A stretch of 10,115 bases of DNA from Puniceicoccales bacterium (GCA_031288595.1 JAITRB010000015.1:1-10115); one strand, 5' to 3'; shown: positions 1 to 8,614, counted from the first letter of the stretch. The notes: generated by a model from the letters alone, not told the origin. A program made the numbers and translations.

Positions 1-11
1 AAGCGCAAAGA

Positions 12-43
12 CGAAAAAGGGCCTTCCAGAGAAGACCCTTTCC
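12..43 (-). terminator. Rho-independent terminator of groEL (end of the dnaK-groES-groEL transcription unit)
   Basis: Read on the minus strand: AAAGGGTCTTC-TCTG-GAAGGCCCTTT followed by TTCG. This is an 11-bp stem (plus 16-26 paired with 31-41) with one G.U pair that forms only on the minus-strand transcript. It has a 4-nt loop and a CCCTTTTT run, and lies about 45 nt downstream of the groEL stop at 86-88. Confidence 0.75.
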
Positions 44-85
44 ATTAATGCGGGGAAATAGTTCCTGAATGAAACAGGTCCTAGC

Positions 86-1741
<1,656 letters not shown>

Positions 1742-1781
1742 TTAAATGAATGGATTTGGTTTAGGCCTTGCAGCTGCAGTG

Positions 1782-2075
1782 TCAGCGCTCGCTGAAGACC
1801 GCCATGACATCATCCTGGCGCAGAAGCATGTAGCTCTCGTCGCCGTACTTGACTTCCGTGCCTCCGTATTTGCTGATTAGCACACGGTCGCCGACCTTCA
1901 CTTCAAACGTGATCTCGTGACCATGTTCATCGCGACCACCGGTTCCGAGCGCCATAACTGTAGCCTCCTGCGACTTCTCCTTCGCCGCGTCCGGAATGAT
2001 GATTCCGCCTTTGATTTGTTCCTTCTCCTCGATCTGCTTGACGAGGAGACGATTTCCTAAGGGTTTTATATTCAT
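1782..2075 (-). CDS. groES: Co-chaperonin GroES (Hsp10), 97 aa
   Basis: The ORF begins [13 protein letters not shown] and contains [12 protein letters not shown] and the mobile-loop region. Its size is canonical and it lies 58 nt upstream of groEL. Confidence 0.97.
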   Translation of the reverse strand: MNIKPLGNRLLVKQIEEKEQIKGGIIIPDAAKEKSQEATVMALGTGGRDEHGHEITFEVKVGDRVLISKYGGTEVKYGDESYMLLRQDDVMAVFSER

Positions 2076-2127
2076 AGTCTCATCGATTTTAGATTATTTG
2101 GGTTGAAAAAATGCGTGCCTAGGTCTC

Positions 2128-4077
2128 TTACTTCTTTCCATCGACCACCTCGAAGTCGGCGTCGACCACCCTGCTCTGGGTCTCCGCACCAGCGGCCTTG
2201 TCCGTCCCCTCCTTGTTATGCTCGGACTCGAAGGGTTTCTCTGACGATGGCGGAGGTACACTTGAGTCCTTGTAGATCTCTCGGGCCATCTCCTGGAATT
2301 TCGCGATCACGTTCTCGTAGCCTGAGCGCAATTCTTCTAGGGATGCGTCGTTGTTTTCCAGGATTTTTTTTGCTTCCTCCACCGCCGCTTCCGCTTCCTT
2401 ACGCTTTTCCTCCGATAACTTGCTTCCCATTTCCTTGAGCTGCTTCTCGGTCTGATAAACGGTGGAATCGAGCATGTTGCGGATCTCGACCTGCTCCTTC
2501 TTCTTCCGGTCCTCCTCGGCGTACTGATCCGCCTCCTTGCGAAGACGCTCCACCTCTTCTTCGGACAGGCCGGAGGCCCCGGTGATCGTGATATGCTGAT
2601 CCTTGCCAGTCCCCTTGTCCTTGGCCGTGACCTTGAGGATACCATTGGCGTCGATGTCGAAGGTCACCTCGATCTGGGGAACTCCTCGGGGAGCGATGGG
2701 CAGACCATCTAGGCGGAAATCCCCCAGGACCTTGTTATCCCGAGCCATGGGCCGCTCCCCCTGTAGTACTCGTACATCGACGGCAGTTTGGTTGTCCGCA
2801 TAGGTGGAAAAGATCTGGGTTTTCTTGGTCGGAATCGTGGTGTTGCGCTCGATCATCGGTGTCGATACCCCACCGGCGGTCTCGATACCCAGGGTCAGCG
2901 GAGTGACGTCCAGCAGCAGCACATCGGTCACGTCGCCCTTTAGCACACCGCCTTGGATGGCGGCGCCGATCGCCACCACCTCATCGGGATTGACTCCTTG
3001 ATGCGGTTCCTTGCCGCCGATCTCCCGGGCCGTCTCGATGACCTTGGCCGAACGGGTCATACCTCCTACCAGAACCAGTTCGTGGATGTCTTCCTTCGTC
3101 AAACCGGCGTCCTTGAGGCAGTTCAGCGAGGGCTGGATTGTCCGCTGGTAGAGCGCGTCGCAGATCTTTTCCAGCTGAGATCGGCTTAAACTTACGTTCA
3201 AATGTTTCGGCCCGCTGGCGTCGGCGGTGATGAAGGGCAGATTGATCTCCGTCTGCTGGGTGGATGACAGCGCGATCTTCGCCTTTTCCGCCTCCTCCTT
3301 CAGGCGCTGGTGAGCCATGGGGTCCCTCCGCAGGTCGATGCCATTCGTCTTCTTGAACTCCTCGGCCAGCCAGTCGATGATGCACTTGTCCCAGTCGTCG
3401 CCGCCGAGATGCGTATCGCCGTTGGTGGCTTTGACCTCGAAGACCCCATCGCCGATTTCCAGGACGGAGACGTCAAAGGTGCCGCCGCCCAGGTCGTAGA
3501 CCGCGATTTTTTCCTCCTTTTTCTTCTCGAGGCCGTAGGCGAGAGAAGCCGCTGTCGGCTCATTGATGATCCGGAGCACTTCCAGTCCGGCGATGGTGCC
3601 CGCATCCTTGGTCGCCTGCCGCTGGGCATCGTTGAAATAGGCCGGCACGGTGATCACCGCCTGAGTGACTTTTTCGCCCAGATAGGCCTCGGCATCTGCT
3701 TTCAACTTGGCCAGTACCATCGAGGAGATCTGCTCCGGTGAAAAGCGCTCCGCCTTCCCTCCCACTTCGCACTCGATGCAGGCATCGCCATTCCTGCCCT
3801 CCACCACCTTGTAGGGTAGTCCCTCGGTCTCCTTCTTGATCTCGTTGTACTTACGCCCGATCAGGCGCTTGGCCGAGAAAATTGTGTTTTTGGGATTGGT
3901 AATCGCCTGCCGCTTTGCCGCCTGGCCCACCAATCGCTCACCGCTTTTCGTGAATGCCACCACCGATGGGGTCGTTCGGGCACCCTCGGAATTCGGGATG
4001 ACCACCGCCTTGCCCGCTTCCATCACGGCCATGCAGGAGTTGGTCGTCCCCAGATCAATGCCCAGTATCTTTGCCAT
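2128..4077 (-). CDS. dnaK: Molecular chaperone DnaK (Hsp70), 649 aa
   Basis: The N-terminus [18 protein letters not shown] is canonical. The ORF contains the Hsp70 signatures [10 protein letters not shown] and VLVGGMTR and an acidic C-terminal tail (DADFEVVD). An AAGGA Shine-Dalgarno-like motif lies about 6-10 nt upstream of the ATG. Confidence 0.98.
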   Translation of the reverse strand: MAKILGIDLGTTNSCMAVMEAGKAVVIPNSEGARTTPSVVAFTKSGERLVGQAAKRQAITNPKNTIFSAKRLIGRKYNEIKKETEGLPYKVVEGRNGDACIECEVGGKAERFSPEQISSMVLAKLKADAEAYLGEKVTQAVITVPAYFNDAQRQATKDAGTIAGLEVLRIINEPTAASLAYGLEKKKEEKIAVYDLGGGTFDVSVLEIGDGVFEVKATNGDTHLGGDDWDKCIIDWLAEEFKKTNGIDLRRDPMAHQRLKEEAEKAKIALSSTQQTEINLPFITADASGPKHLNVSLSRSQLEKICDALYQRTIQPSLNCLKDAGLTKEDIHELVLVGGMTRSAKVIETAREIGGKEPHQGVNPDEVVAIGAAIQGGVLKGDVTDVLLLDVTPLTLGIETAGGVSTPMIERNTTIPTKKTQIFSTYADNQTAVDVRVLQGERPMARDNKVLGDFRLDGLPIAPRGVPQIEVTFDIDANGILKVTAKDKGTGKDQHITITGASGLSEEEVERLRKEADQYAEEDRKKKEQVEIRNMLDSTVYQTEKQLKEMGSKLSEEKRKEAEAAVEEAKKILENNDASLEELRSGYENVIAKFQEMAREIYKDSSVPPPSSEKPFESEHNKEGTDKAAGAETQSRVVDADFEVVDGKK

Positions 4078-4114
4078 AGGATTCCTTTCGCTGAGAGTTA
4101 TTGCTTAATATGAT

Positions 4115-4131
4115 AGCAATTTTCATGCCAA
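4115..4131 (-). promoter_or_regulatory. Candidate sigma-54 (RpoN) -24/-12 promoter upstream of dnaK
   Basis: The minus strand reads TTGGCATG-AAAA-TTGCT, against the consensus YTGGCACG-N4-TTGCW. The GG and GC dinucleotides have the correct spacing. The TTGCT element ends about 37 nt upstream of the dnaK ATG, in the correct orientation. It is the only TGGCA-N6-TTGC match I found on either strand. A weaker sigma-70 reading of the same bases is possible (TTGGCA-N15-TATTAA). Confidence 0.4.
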
Positions 4132-4173
4132 GGATGCTAATATGGTGAAAATTTTTCATCTTCTCTTTGTTTT

Positions 4174-4285
4174 TTTTCGCCGCCTTTGCGGCGCGGGGTG
4201 AGGAAATTTTTCCTCGCCCAGCGCCGGTGGGCCCGCGGCGGAGCCGCGGGCCCGAGCCCCTTCGGGGCTCCAAAGGCGGCGAAAA
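4174..4285 (-). repeat. Compound palindromic repeat, copy A (outer stem plus three hairpins), between the ppdK stop and the dnaK promoter
   Basis: A perfect 15-bp outer stem pairs 4174-4188 with 4271-4285. It encloses three hairpins. Hairpin 4189-4226 has 6 bp, a 1x1 mismatch, then 9 bp including one T.G pair. Hairpin 4229-4253 has a 10-bp stem. Hairpin 4254-4270 has a 7-bp stem and a TTC triloop on plus (GAA on minus). Only 2 junction nucleotides are unpaired. The strand given is the orientation collinear with copy C. Confidence 0.7.
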
Positions 4286-4353
4286 CGAATCCCAGAAGCT
4301 GGGAGCGAAAAATTTCGGGCGTTGGCACCCGGTGAGTGGGTGATGGGGAACTC

Positions 4354-7056
4354 TTAGGAATTTTTGGCCTTCAGGGCCGCCTGGGCGGCAGCCAAGCGGG
4401 CGACTGGTACCCGTTTCGGCGAGCAGCTGACATAGCTCAAGCCGAGGCGATGGCAGAACTGGATCGTCTCTGGATCTCCTCCATGCTCGCCGCAGATGCC
4501 GACCTTGAGACCGGGCTTGGTCCTTCGCCCTCGCTCGACTGCCAATTGCATCAGCTGTCCCACACCTTCCACATCCAGGGTGGCGAAGGGATTGCGCTTC
4601 ACGATTCCCTCCCCGATGTACTGGGGCAAAAAACTGCCCGAGTCGTCGCGGCTCATACCCAGCGTGGTCTGGGTCAGATCATTGGTCCCAAAGCTGAAGA
4701 ACTCTGCCTCCTGGGCGATCGTATCGGCGATGAGGGCCGCCCGGGGCAGTTCGATCATGGTTCCCACCGTATACGCGATGTCACAGTTCCTGTCCCTCAT
4801 GACACACTGGGCCGCGGCATGGATGAGGGCGAGCTGGTGCCGGAGCTCATCCGCAAAGCCCACCAGGGGCACCATGATCTCCGGCGCGACGGCAATGCCT
4901 TCCCCCAGAACCTGGGCCGCCGCCTCGAACACAGCAGTGGCCTGCATCTCGCTGATCTCGGGATAGGAGATACCGAGCCGACAGCCGCGATGACCCAGCA
5001 TCGGATTCTGCTCGTGCAGCGCCGCCACCCGTAGGCGAATCTTCTCCAGCTCCAGACCCGTCCTTAGGGATAGGGTCTTCATCGTCCCTTCATCCTGGGG
5101 CAGAAACTCGTGCAGTGGTGGGTCCAGGAGACGGATCGTGACCGGCCTACCCTGCATCGCCCGAAAAATCGCCTCGAAATCTCCCCGCTGGAGTGGCTTC
5201 AGTTTGGCCAGGGCCGCCTTTCGCTCCTCCACACTTTCCGCCAGAATCATCTCGCGCATGAAATCGATGCGCTGGCCCTCGAAGAACATGTGTTCCGTGC
5301 GGCAGAGGCCGATGCCCTCGGCACCCAGCGCGAAGGCCTCGGTAGCCTGGGCCGGCGTATCCGCATTGGCCCGAATGCCCAGCTGGCGCCTTCGGTCTGC
5401 CCAGGTCATGAGGGTGTCGAAGAGGCGGTAGGTATAGCTCTCCTCCGCCAGCATCTGGCCTGCCAGAACGCGATTCACCTCCGAGGGCACGGTGGCGAGA
5501 GAGCCGAGAAAAACCTCTCCGGACGTGCCGTCGAGGGAGAGTGCCTCGCCCTCGCGCAGCAGATTCTCTCCGCAGCGCAGGGTTTGGGCGGCGTAGTCCA
5601 TCTCGATGGCGGTGGCGCCGCAGACACAGACCTTCCCCATCTGGCGCGCCACCAGGGCGGCGTGGGAACTGACACCGCCGCGGCTGGTAAGAATTCCCTC
5701 CGAGGCCAACATCCCTCGAATGTCCTCCGGTGAAGTCTCTTGGCGGCAGAGGATGATCCGCTCGCCCTGGGCCTGGAGCTCCTCCGCCCGTTTTGCCGAA
5801 AAGCAAATCTTTCCCGAAGCGGCTCCTGGACCGGCCGGCAGTCCCTGAGCGATCTTGCTTACCGAAGATTTTTTTCCCTCATCGAAAACCGGCAGCAATA
5901 GACTGGAGATCGAATCGGCCGGAATGCGCTGCAGGGCCTCATCCTGGGAGATTTTTCCCTCATCCACCATCTCGACAGCGATGCGTAGCGCCGCTAGACC
6001 GGTGCGCTTCCCGTTGCGGGTCTGGAGCATGTAGAGCCTATCCTGCTCGATGGTGAACTCGAAGTCCTGCATGTCGCAGAAATGTTCTTCTAGTTTTTGA
6101 CGGACTTCCAGCAGAGCGGCATAGCTTCCGGGCATTTCTCTCTCCATCGCAGCGATGGGCTGAGGCGTGCGGGTACCGGCAACGACGTCTTCTCCCTGAG
6201 CATTGACCAAATACTCGCCGTAGAACTGTTTCTCTCCCGTGGCGGGGTTGCGGGTGAAGGCCACTCCGGTGGCGCAGCGATCCCCCTGGTTGCCAAAAAC
6301 CATCGCCTGCACATTGACCGCCGTGCCCCAGTCCGAGGGGATGTTGTACTTCCGCCGGTAGATCACCGCCCGCTCGTTGTCCCAGGATTCGAAGACCGCG
6401 CCGATCGCTCCCCGCAGCTGCTCGCCGACATCCTGAGGGAATTCCCGTCCCGTACGCCGGTGAATCAATTCCTGATAGCGGCGGATCAGCTCCTGCAACG
6501 AGGACTCATCTAGCTCTGGGTCCTGCGCCACTCCCGCTTCCCTCCGGATATTTTTGAGAATTTCCTCGAAGGGATCGGCCTCATGCTCGTCCTGCGCGTG
6601 GATGCCCAGAACGACATCGCCGTACATCTGGATGAAGCGCCGGTAGCAGTCCTGCGCGAAACGGCCATTCTGAGTTTTGTCCTTCAGCCCGATGACGGTC
6701 GCGTCGTTGAGCCCCAGGTTGAGGATCGTGTCCATCATCCCCGGCATTGACTCACGGGCACCCGAGCGTACCGAGAAGAGCAGGGGATTGTCGGCATCGC
6801 CAAAGCGCTTGTGCTGCTGTTCCTCCACATGCCGGATGGCCATCTGCAGCTGTCCCCACAGCTCCTCGGGCAGTTCCCGCCCCGCTTCCCGGTATAGGGC
6901 ACAGAGCTCCGTCGTGAGGGTGAAGCCCGGGGGCACCGGCAGCTGAATCCGGGCCATTTCGGCCAGATTCGCCCCTTTTCCTCCCAGCAGTGCCCGCCGA
7001 GACGTGTCGCCATCGGTCTGGCAGCCGAATTCATAGATGTAAGTCCCTATGGCCAT
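4354..7056 (-). CDS. ppdK: Pyruvate, phosphate dikinase (PPDK), about 900 aa from the ATG at 7056
   Basis: Motifs present are [12 protein letters not shown]...LPVPPGF (N-terminal ATP-grasp), the [15 protein letters not shown] phospho-histidine motif, and [11 protein letters not shown] and [10 protein letters not shown] in the PEP-utilising C-terminal domain. The start is placed at [11 protein letters not shown] (complement of 7054-7056) because PPDKs begin about 20-25 residues before the GGKG motif. The computed ORF stays open upstream to 7446, but that extension translates the palindromic repeat at 7318-7442. Confidence 0.93.
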   Translation of the reverse strand: MAIGTYIYEFGCQTDGDTSRRALLGGKGANLAEMARIQLPVPPGFTLTTELCALYREAGRELPEELWGQLQMAIRHVEEQQHKRFGDADNPLLFSVRSGARESMPGMMDTILNLGLNDATVIGLKDKTQNGRFAQDCYRRFIQMYGDVVLGIHAQDEHEADPFEEILKNIRREAGVAQDPELDESSLQELIRRYQELIHRRTGREFPQDVGEQLRGAIGAVFESWDNERAVIYRRKYNIPSDWGTAVNVQAMVFGNQGDRCATGVAFTRNPATGEKQFYGEYLVNAQGEDVVAGTRTPQPIAAMEREMPGSYAALLEVRQKLEEHFCDMQDFEFTIEQDRLYMLQTRNGKRTGLAALRIAVEMVDEGKISQDEALQRIPADSISSLLLPVFDEGKKSSVSKIAQGLPAGPGAASGKICFSAKRAEELQAQGERIILCRQETSPEDIRGMLASEGILTSRGGVSSHAALVARQMGKVCVCGATAIEMDYAAQTLRCGENLLREGEALSLDGTSGEVFLGSLATVPSEVNRVLAGQMLAEESYTYRLFDTLMTWADRRRQLGIRANADTPAQATEAFALGAEGIGLCRTEHMFFEGQRIDFMREMILAESVEERKAALAKLKPLQRGDFEAIFRAMQGRPVTIRLLDPPLHEFLPQDEGTMKTLSLRTGLELEKIRLRVAALHEQNPMLGHRGCRLGISYPEISEMQATAVFEAAAQVLGEGIAVAPEIMVPLVGFADELRHQLALIHAAAQCVMRDRNCDIAYTVGTMIELPRAALIADTIAQEAEFFSFGTNDLTQTTLGMSRDDSGSFLPQYIGEGIVKRNPFATLDVEGVGQLMQLAVERGRRTKPGLKVGICGEHGGDPETIQFCHRLGLSYVSCSPKRVPVARLAAAQAALKAKNS

Positions 7057-7237
7057 GACAATCGAGTATAGTTCGAGAGGGGAAATCTGAGTCCCTAATT
7101 TGGCATCATCCCCTCCGTCCTCCTGAAACCCCTTGCCGGCAAATCTACGGAAGGCTTCCTCTTGGCGCAAGCTCAAATCCTCGGCGAGGAGCGATGGCTG
7201 GAGGTCGATGGTTCTGTTTTTGATCGCGCTGTCGGCG

Positions 7238-7259
7238 TTGTTCCGGGATTGTTCCGGGA
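7238..7259. repeat. Perfect tandem direct repeat, 2 x 11 bp (TTGTTCCGGGA), upstream of ppdK
   Basis: 7238-7248 and 7249-7259 are identical. The second unit runs into TTCC-G-GGAA (7253-7261), a small inverted repeat. The repeat lies 182-203 nt upstream of the proposed ppdK start. Confidence 0.6.
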
Positions 7260-7317
7260 ATGCAGGTCCAAGGCCCTTCCTCTTCTCAGTTTCTATTTTT
7301 TCGTACGCGCTTCCCGT

Positions 7318-7442
7318 GCGCGATGGCCCCCTGGCGAAGCCAGGGGGATGCCGCCCCGCCCGCGCTCCTCCGGAGCGCAGCGGGGCGGCATCTGCGCCTA
7401 GGAGAGCCGCCGAAGGCGGCTCTCCCAGGCGGGCCATCGCGC
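7318..7442 (+). repeat. Compound palindromic repeat, copy B (larger, divergent member), in the ruvA-ppdK spacer
   Basis: The outer stem pairs 7318-7326 with 7434-7442 (9 bp, or 12 bp if 7327-7329 pairs with 7431-7433). Hairpin 7327-7347 has 9 bp and a GAA loop. Hairpin 7349-7390 has 11 bp, a bulge, 7 bp and a TCC loop. Hairpin 7401-7425 has 11 bp and a GAA loop, and extends by 5 more pairs to 7395-7431. Confidence 0.65.
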
Positions 7443-7780
7443 GCATTGCATCCCCAGCTCCCTATTCGCCTGATGGAACAGCCTGCCTCTCGTCACTTAT
7501 TGGCCTCACAGTTCATCCTCTCACAACGGGTTGGCAATTCCCCTATCTTTCCTCAGTTCCTGGATGGGGGAATGCTACTGGGCAAGGGTTTTCCAGGCCC
7601 GACTGCATTCAGCAATGGCTCGAAGCGCTTTCCTCCCTCTCACGCTGGGAACGTTGGAACTTGAACATCAGTCAGGAGTGAAGGGATGGAGGAGATAAAT
7701 CTTCGCACAACTTGCTCCTCGAAGTGCACTGGAAGGGTCTTTTCGCTATTTTCAGGTCCTATTTACTGCCATCCAAGGCT

Positions 7781-8377
7781 TCACTGGGTTCCATTCCGCA
7801 GCGCGTGGCGGAGGAGAAGCTCCGTCGAGGCCTGTTCGCCCAGGAGCTGGGAGGTTTTAAGAATAACCTTCTCCGCATCTGGCATTTTGTAACCCAGGGT
7901 CACCAGGGCCTCGATGGCGTCGCGGACGGACGAGGAGGAAACGCCGCTCGGAGGGGCAAGACTCGGCTCCAGTTTCTGCATGGCGTCGGAGAGCTCGACG
8001 ATGATACGCTCGGCCGTTTTTTTACCGATGCCTGGAATTTGGGATAAAGCTCGCGTGTTGCGCTGGGCGATAGCCTGCCGCAGAGCCTGTCTTTCCAGCC
8101 GACTGAGGATAGCTATGCCCAGTCGGGGACCGATGCCGGAGACCTTTTGAATGAGCAATTGGAAGAGCTGCCGGTCCTCCCGTTCCAGAAATCCGTAGAG
8201 ATCCTGCGCATCCGCCCGATAGACTGGATGGGTGTGGAGTTGGACATTTTGACCGATGGGCGGGAGCTTTTCGTTCACCGTCAAAGGGATGTGTACCCCG
8301 TAGCCTACTCCTTGAACGTCGAGTATGCAGTACAGCGGGGATTGTTCCCGTAGAATTCCCTCGAGGGAGACGATCAT
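7781..8377 (-). CDS. ruvA: Holliday junction branch-migration complex subunit RuvA, 198 aa
   Basis: The ORF begins MIVSLEGIL...VGYGV (OB-fold N-domain) and contains the helix-hairpin-helix motifs VSGIGPRLG and IPGIGKKTAERI. It has a flexible linker and a small C-terminal domain (AIEALVTLGY), and the length is typical. Confidence 0.93.
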   Translation of the reverse strand: MIVSLEGILREQSPLYCILDVQGVGYGVHIPLTVNEKLPPIGQNVQLHTHPVYRADAQDLYGFLEREDRQLFQLLIQKVSGIGPRLGIAILSRLERQALRQAIAQRNTRALSQIPGIGKKTAERIIVELSDAMQKLEPSLAPPSGVSSSSVRDAIEALVTLGYKMPDAEKVILKTSQLLGEQASTELLLRHALRNGTQ

Positions 8378-8475
8378 CGGCCTGACAGAGTGCTTCTTAG
8401 CTCTTCACCCGGCAAGACCAAAGCGTTAGGGAAGAGCCGAAAGGATAGGGAAATGAAGGGAAAAGGAGATTTGGG

Positions 8476-8561
8476 GGGCTGTCTTTGGAGCCCGAAGGGC
8501 TCAGCCCGCTGCGCGGGCCCCAAGGCGCTGAGCGAAGCTCAGCGTCTTGCAAAGACAGCCC
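8476..8561 (+). repeat. Compound palindromic repeat, copy C, between the eno stop and the ruvA start
   Basis: A perfect 12-bp outer stem pairs 8476-8487 with 8550-8561. Hairpin 8488-8502 is GAGCCC-GAA-GGGCTC. Hairpin 8504-8518 is GCCCGC-TGC-GCGGGC. Hairpin 8524-8546 has 10 bp including one G.T pair and a GAA loop. The element is collinear with the reverse complement of copy A. Confidence 0.7.
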
Positions 8562-8614
8562 GAAACCTCCGGTCGATAGGGGCCGGAAGACTCTCAGGCT
8601 CTTTAAGCTCTTCT

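Noticed and set aside
1769-1778. The perfect 10-nt palindrome TGCAGCTGCA just after the groES stop
   Set aside because: It has no loop, so it cannot form a hairpin terminator. It is short enough to occur by chance and is most simply a restriction-site-like coincidence.
2076-2127. A possible internal promoter or terminator between dnaK and groES
   Set aside because: I found no stem-loop of useful length and no -35/-10 pair with acceptable spacing. TTCAAC and TAAAAT are only 10 nt apart.
2364-2371. A T8 (A8 on the coding strand) homopolymer inside dnaK
   Set aside because: It simply encodes Lys-Lys-Ile within an intact reading frame. There is no evidence of a frameshift or phase variation in this essential gene.
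4113-4140. A CIRCE-like inverted repeat (HrcA operator) upstream of dnaK: TTAGCATCC-N10-AATTGCTAT on the minus strand
   Set aside because: The left arm matches TTAGCACTC at 7 of 9 positions and the right arm matches GAGTGCTAA at 6 of 9. The spacer is 10 nt rather than 9, and the arms are only weakly complementary to each other (TAGCA/TGCTA). The same bases fit the sigma-54 consensus much better. It is kept only as an alternative to test.
4174-4285. The cloverleaf-like repeats A, B and C as tRNA, tRNA-like or tmRNA genes
   Set aside because: The closing stems are 9-15 bp rather than 7 bp. There is no T-loop (TTCRANY), no D-loop and no anticodon-loop geometry, and the sizes vary from 86 to 125 nt.
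4336-5733. Long plus-strand ORFs antisense to ppdK (4336-5034, 4496-4966, 5110-5733), with similar ones antisense to groEL and dnaK
   Set aside because: These are typical shadow ORFs on the opposite strand of GC-rich genes. Their products are rich in Arg, Pro, Gly and Ala, they lack recognisable motifs, and they are fully overlapped by strongly supported genes.
7057-7446. A 130-codon N-terminal extension of the ppdK ORF, which would give a computed 1030-aa protein starting at 7446
   Set aside because: The first part of the extension (codons 2-43) is a read-through of palindromic repeat B. The extension has no resemblance to PPDK N-termini and contains no in-frame ATG between codon 4 and codon 131. 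Homology to PPDK begins at [10 protein letters not shown], with the usual spacing before the GGKG motif.
7625-7640. Minus-strand GGGAGGAAAGCG, reminiscent of the RNase P RNA GAGGAAAGUCC motif
   Set aside because: The match breaks at the conserved GUCCGGGC. None of the other conserved RNase P blocks are present in the spacer.
7133-7681. Plus-strand ORFs of 182 and 134 aa in the ruvA-ppdK spacer
   Set aside because: Both run straight through palindromic repeat B, which is stop-free by composition. Their products are rich in Pro, Arg and Ser, they have no start context, and they oppose the orientation of every other gene in the window.
4174-8561. The repeats as a CRISPR array
   Set aside because: The three copies are kilobases apart and separated by genes. 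They differ in length and sequence, one is inverted, and there is no repeat-spacer periodicity.
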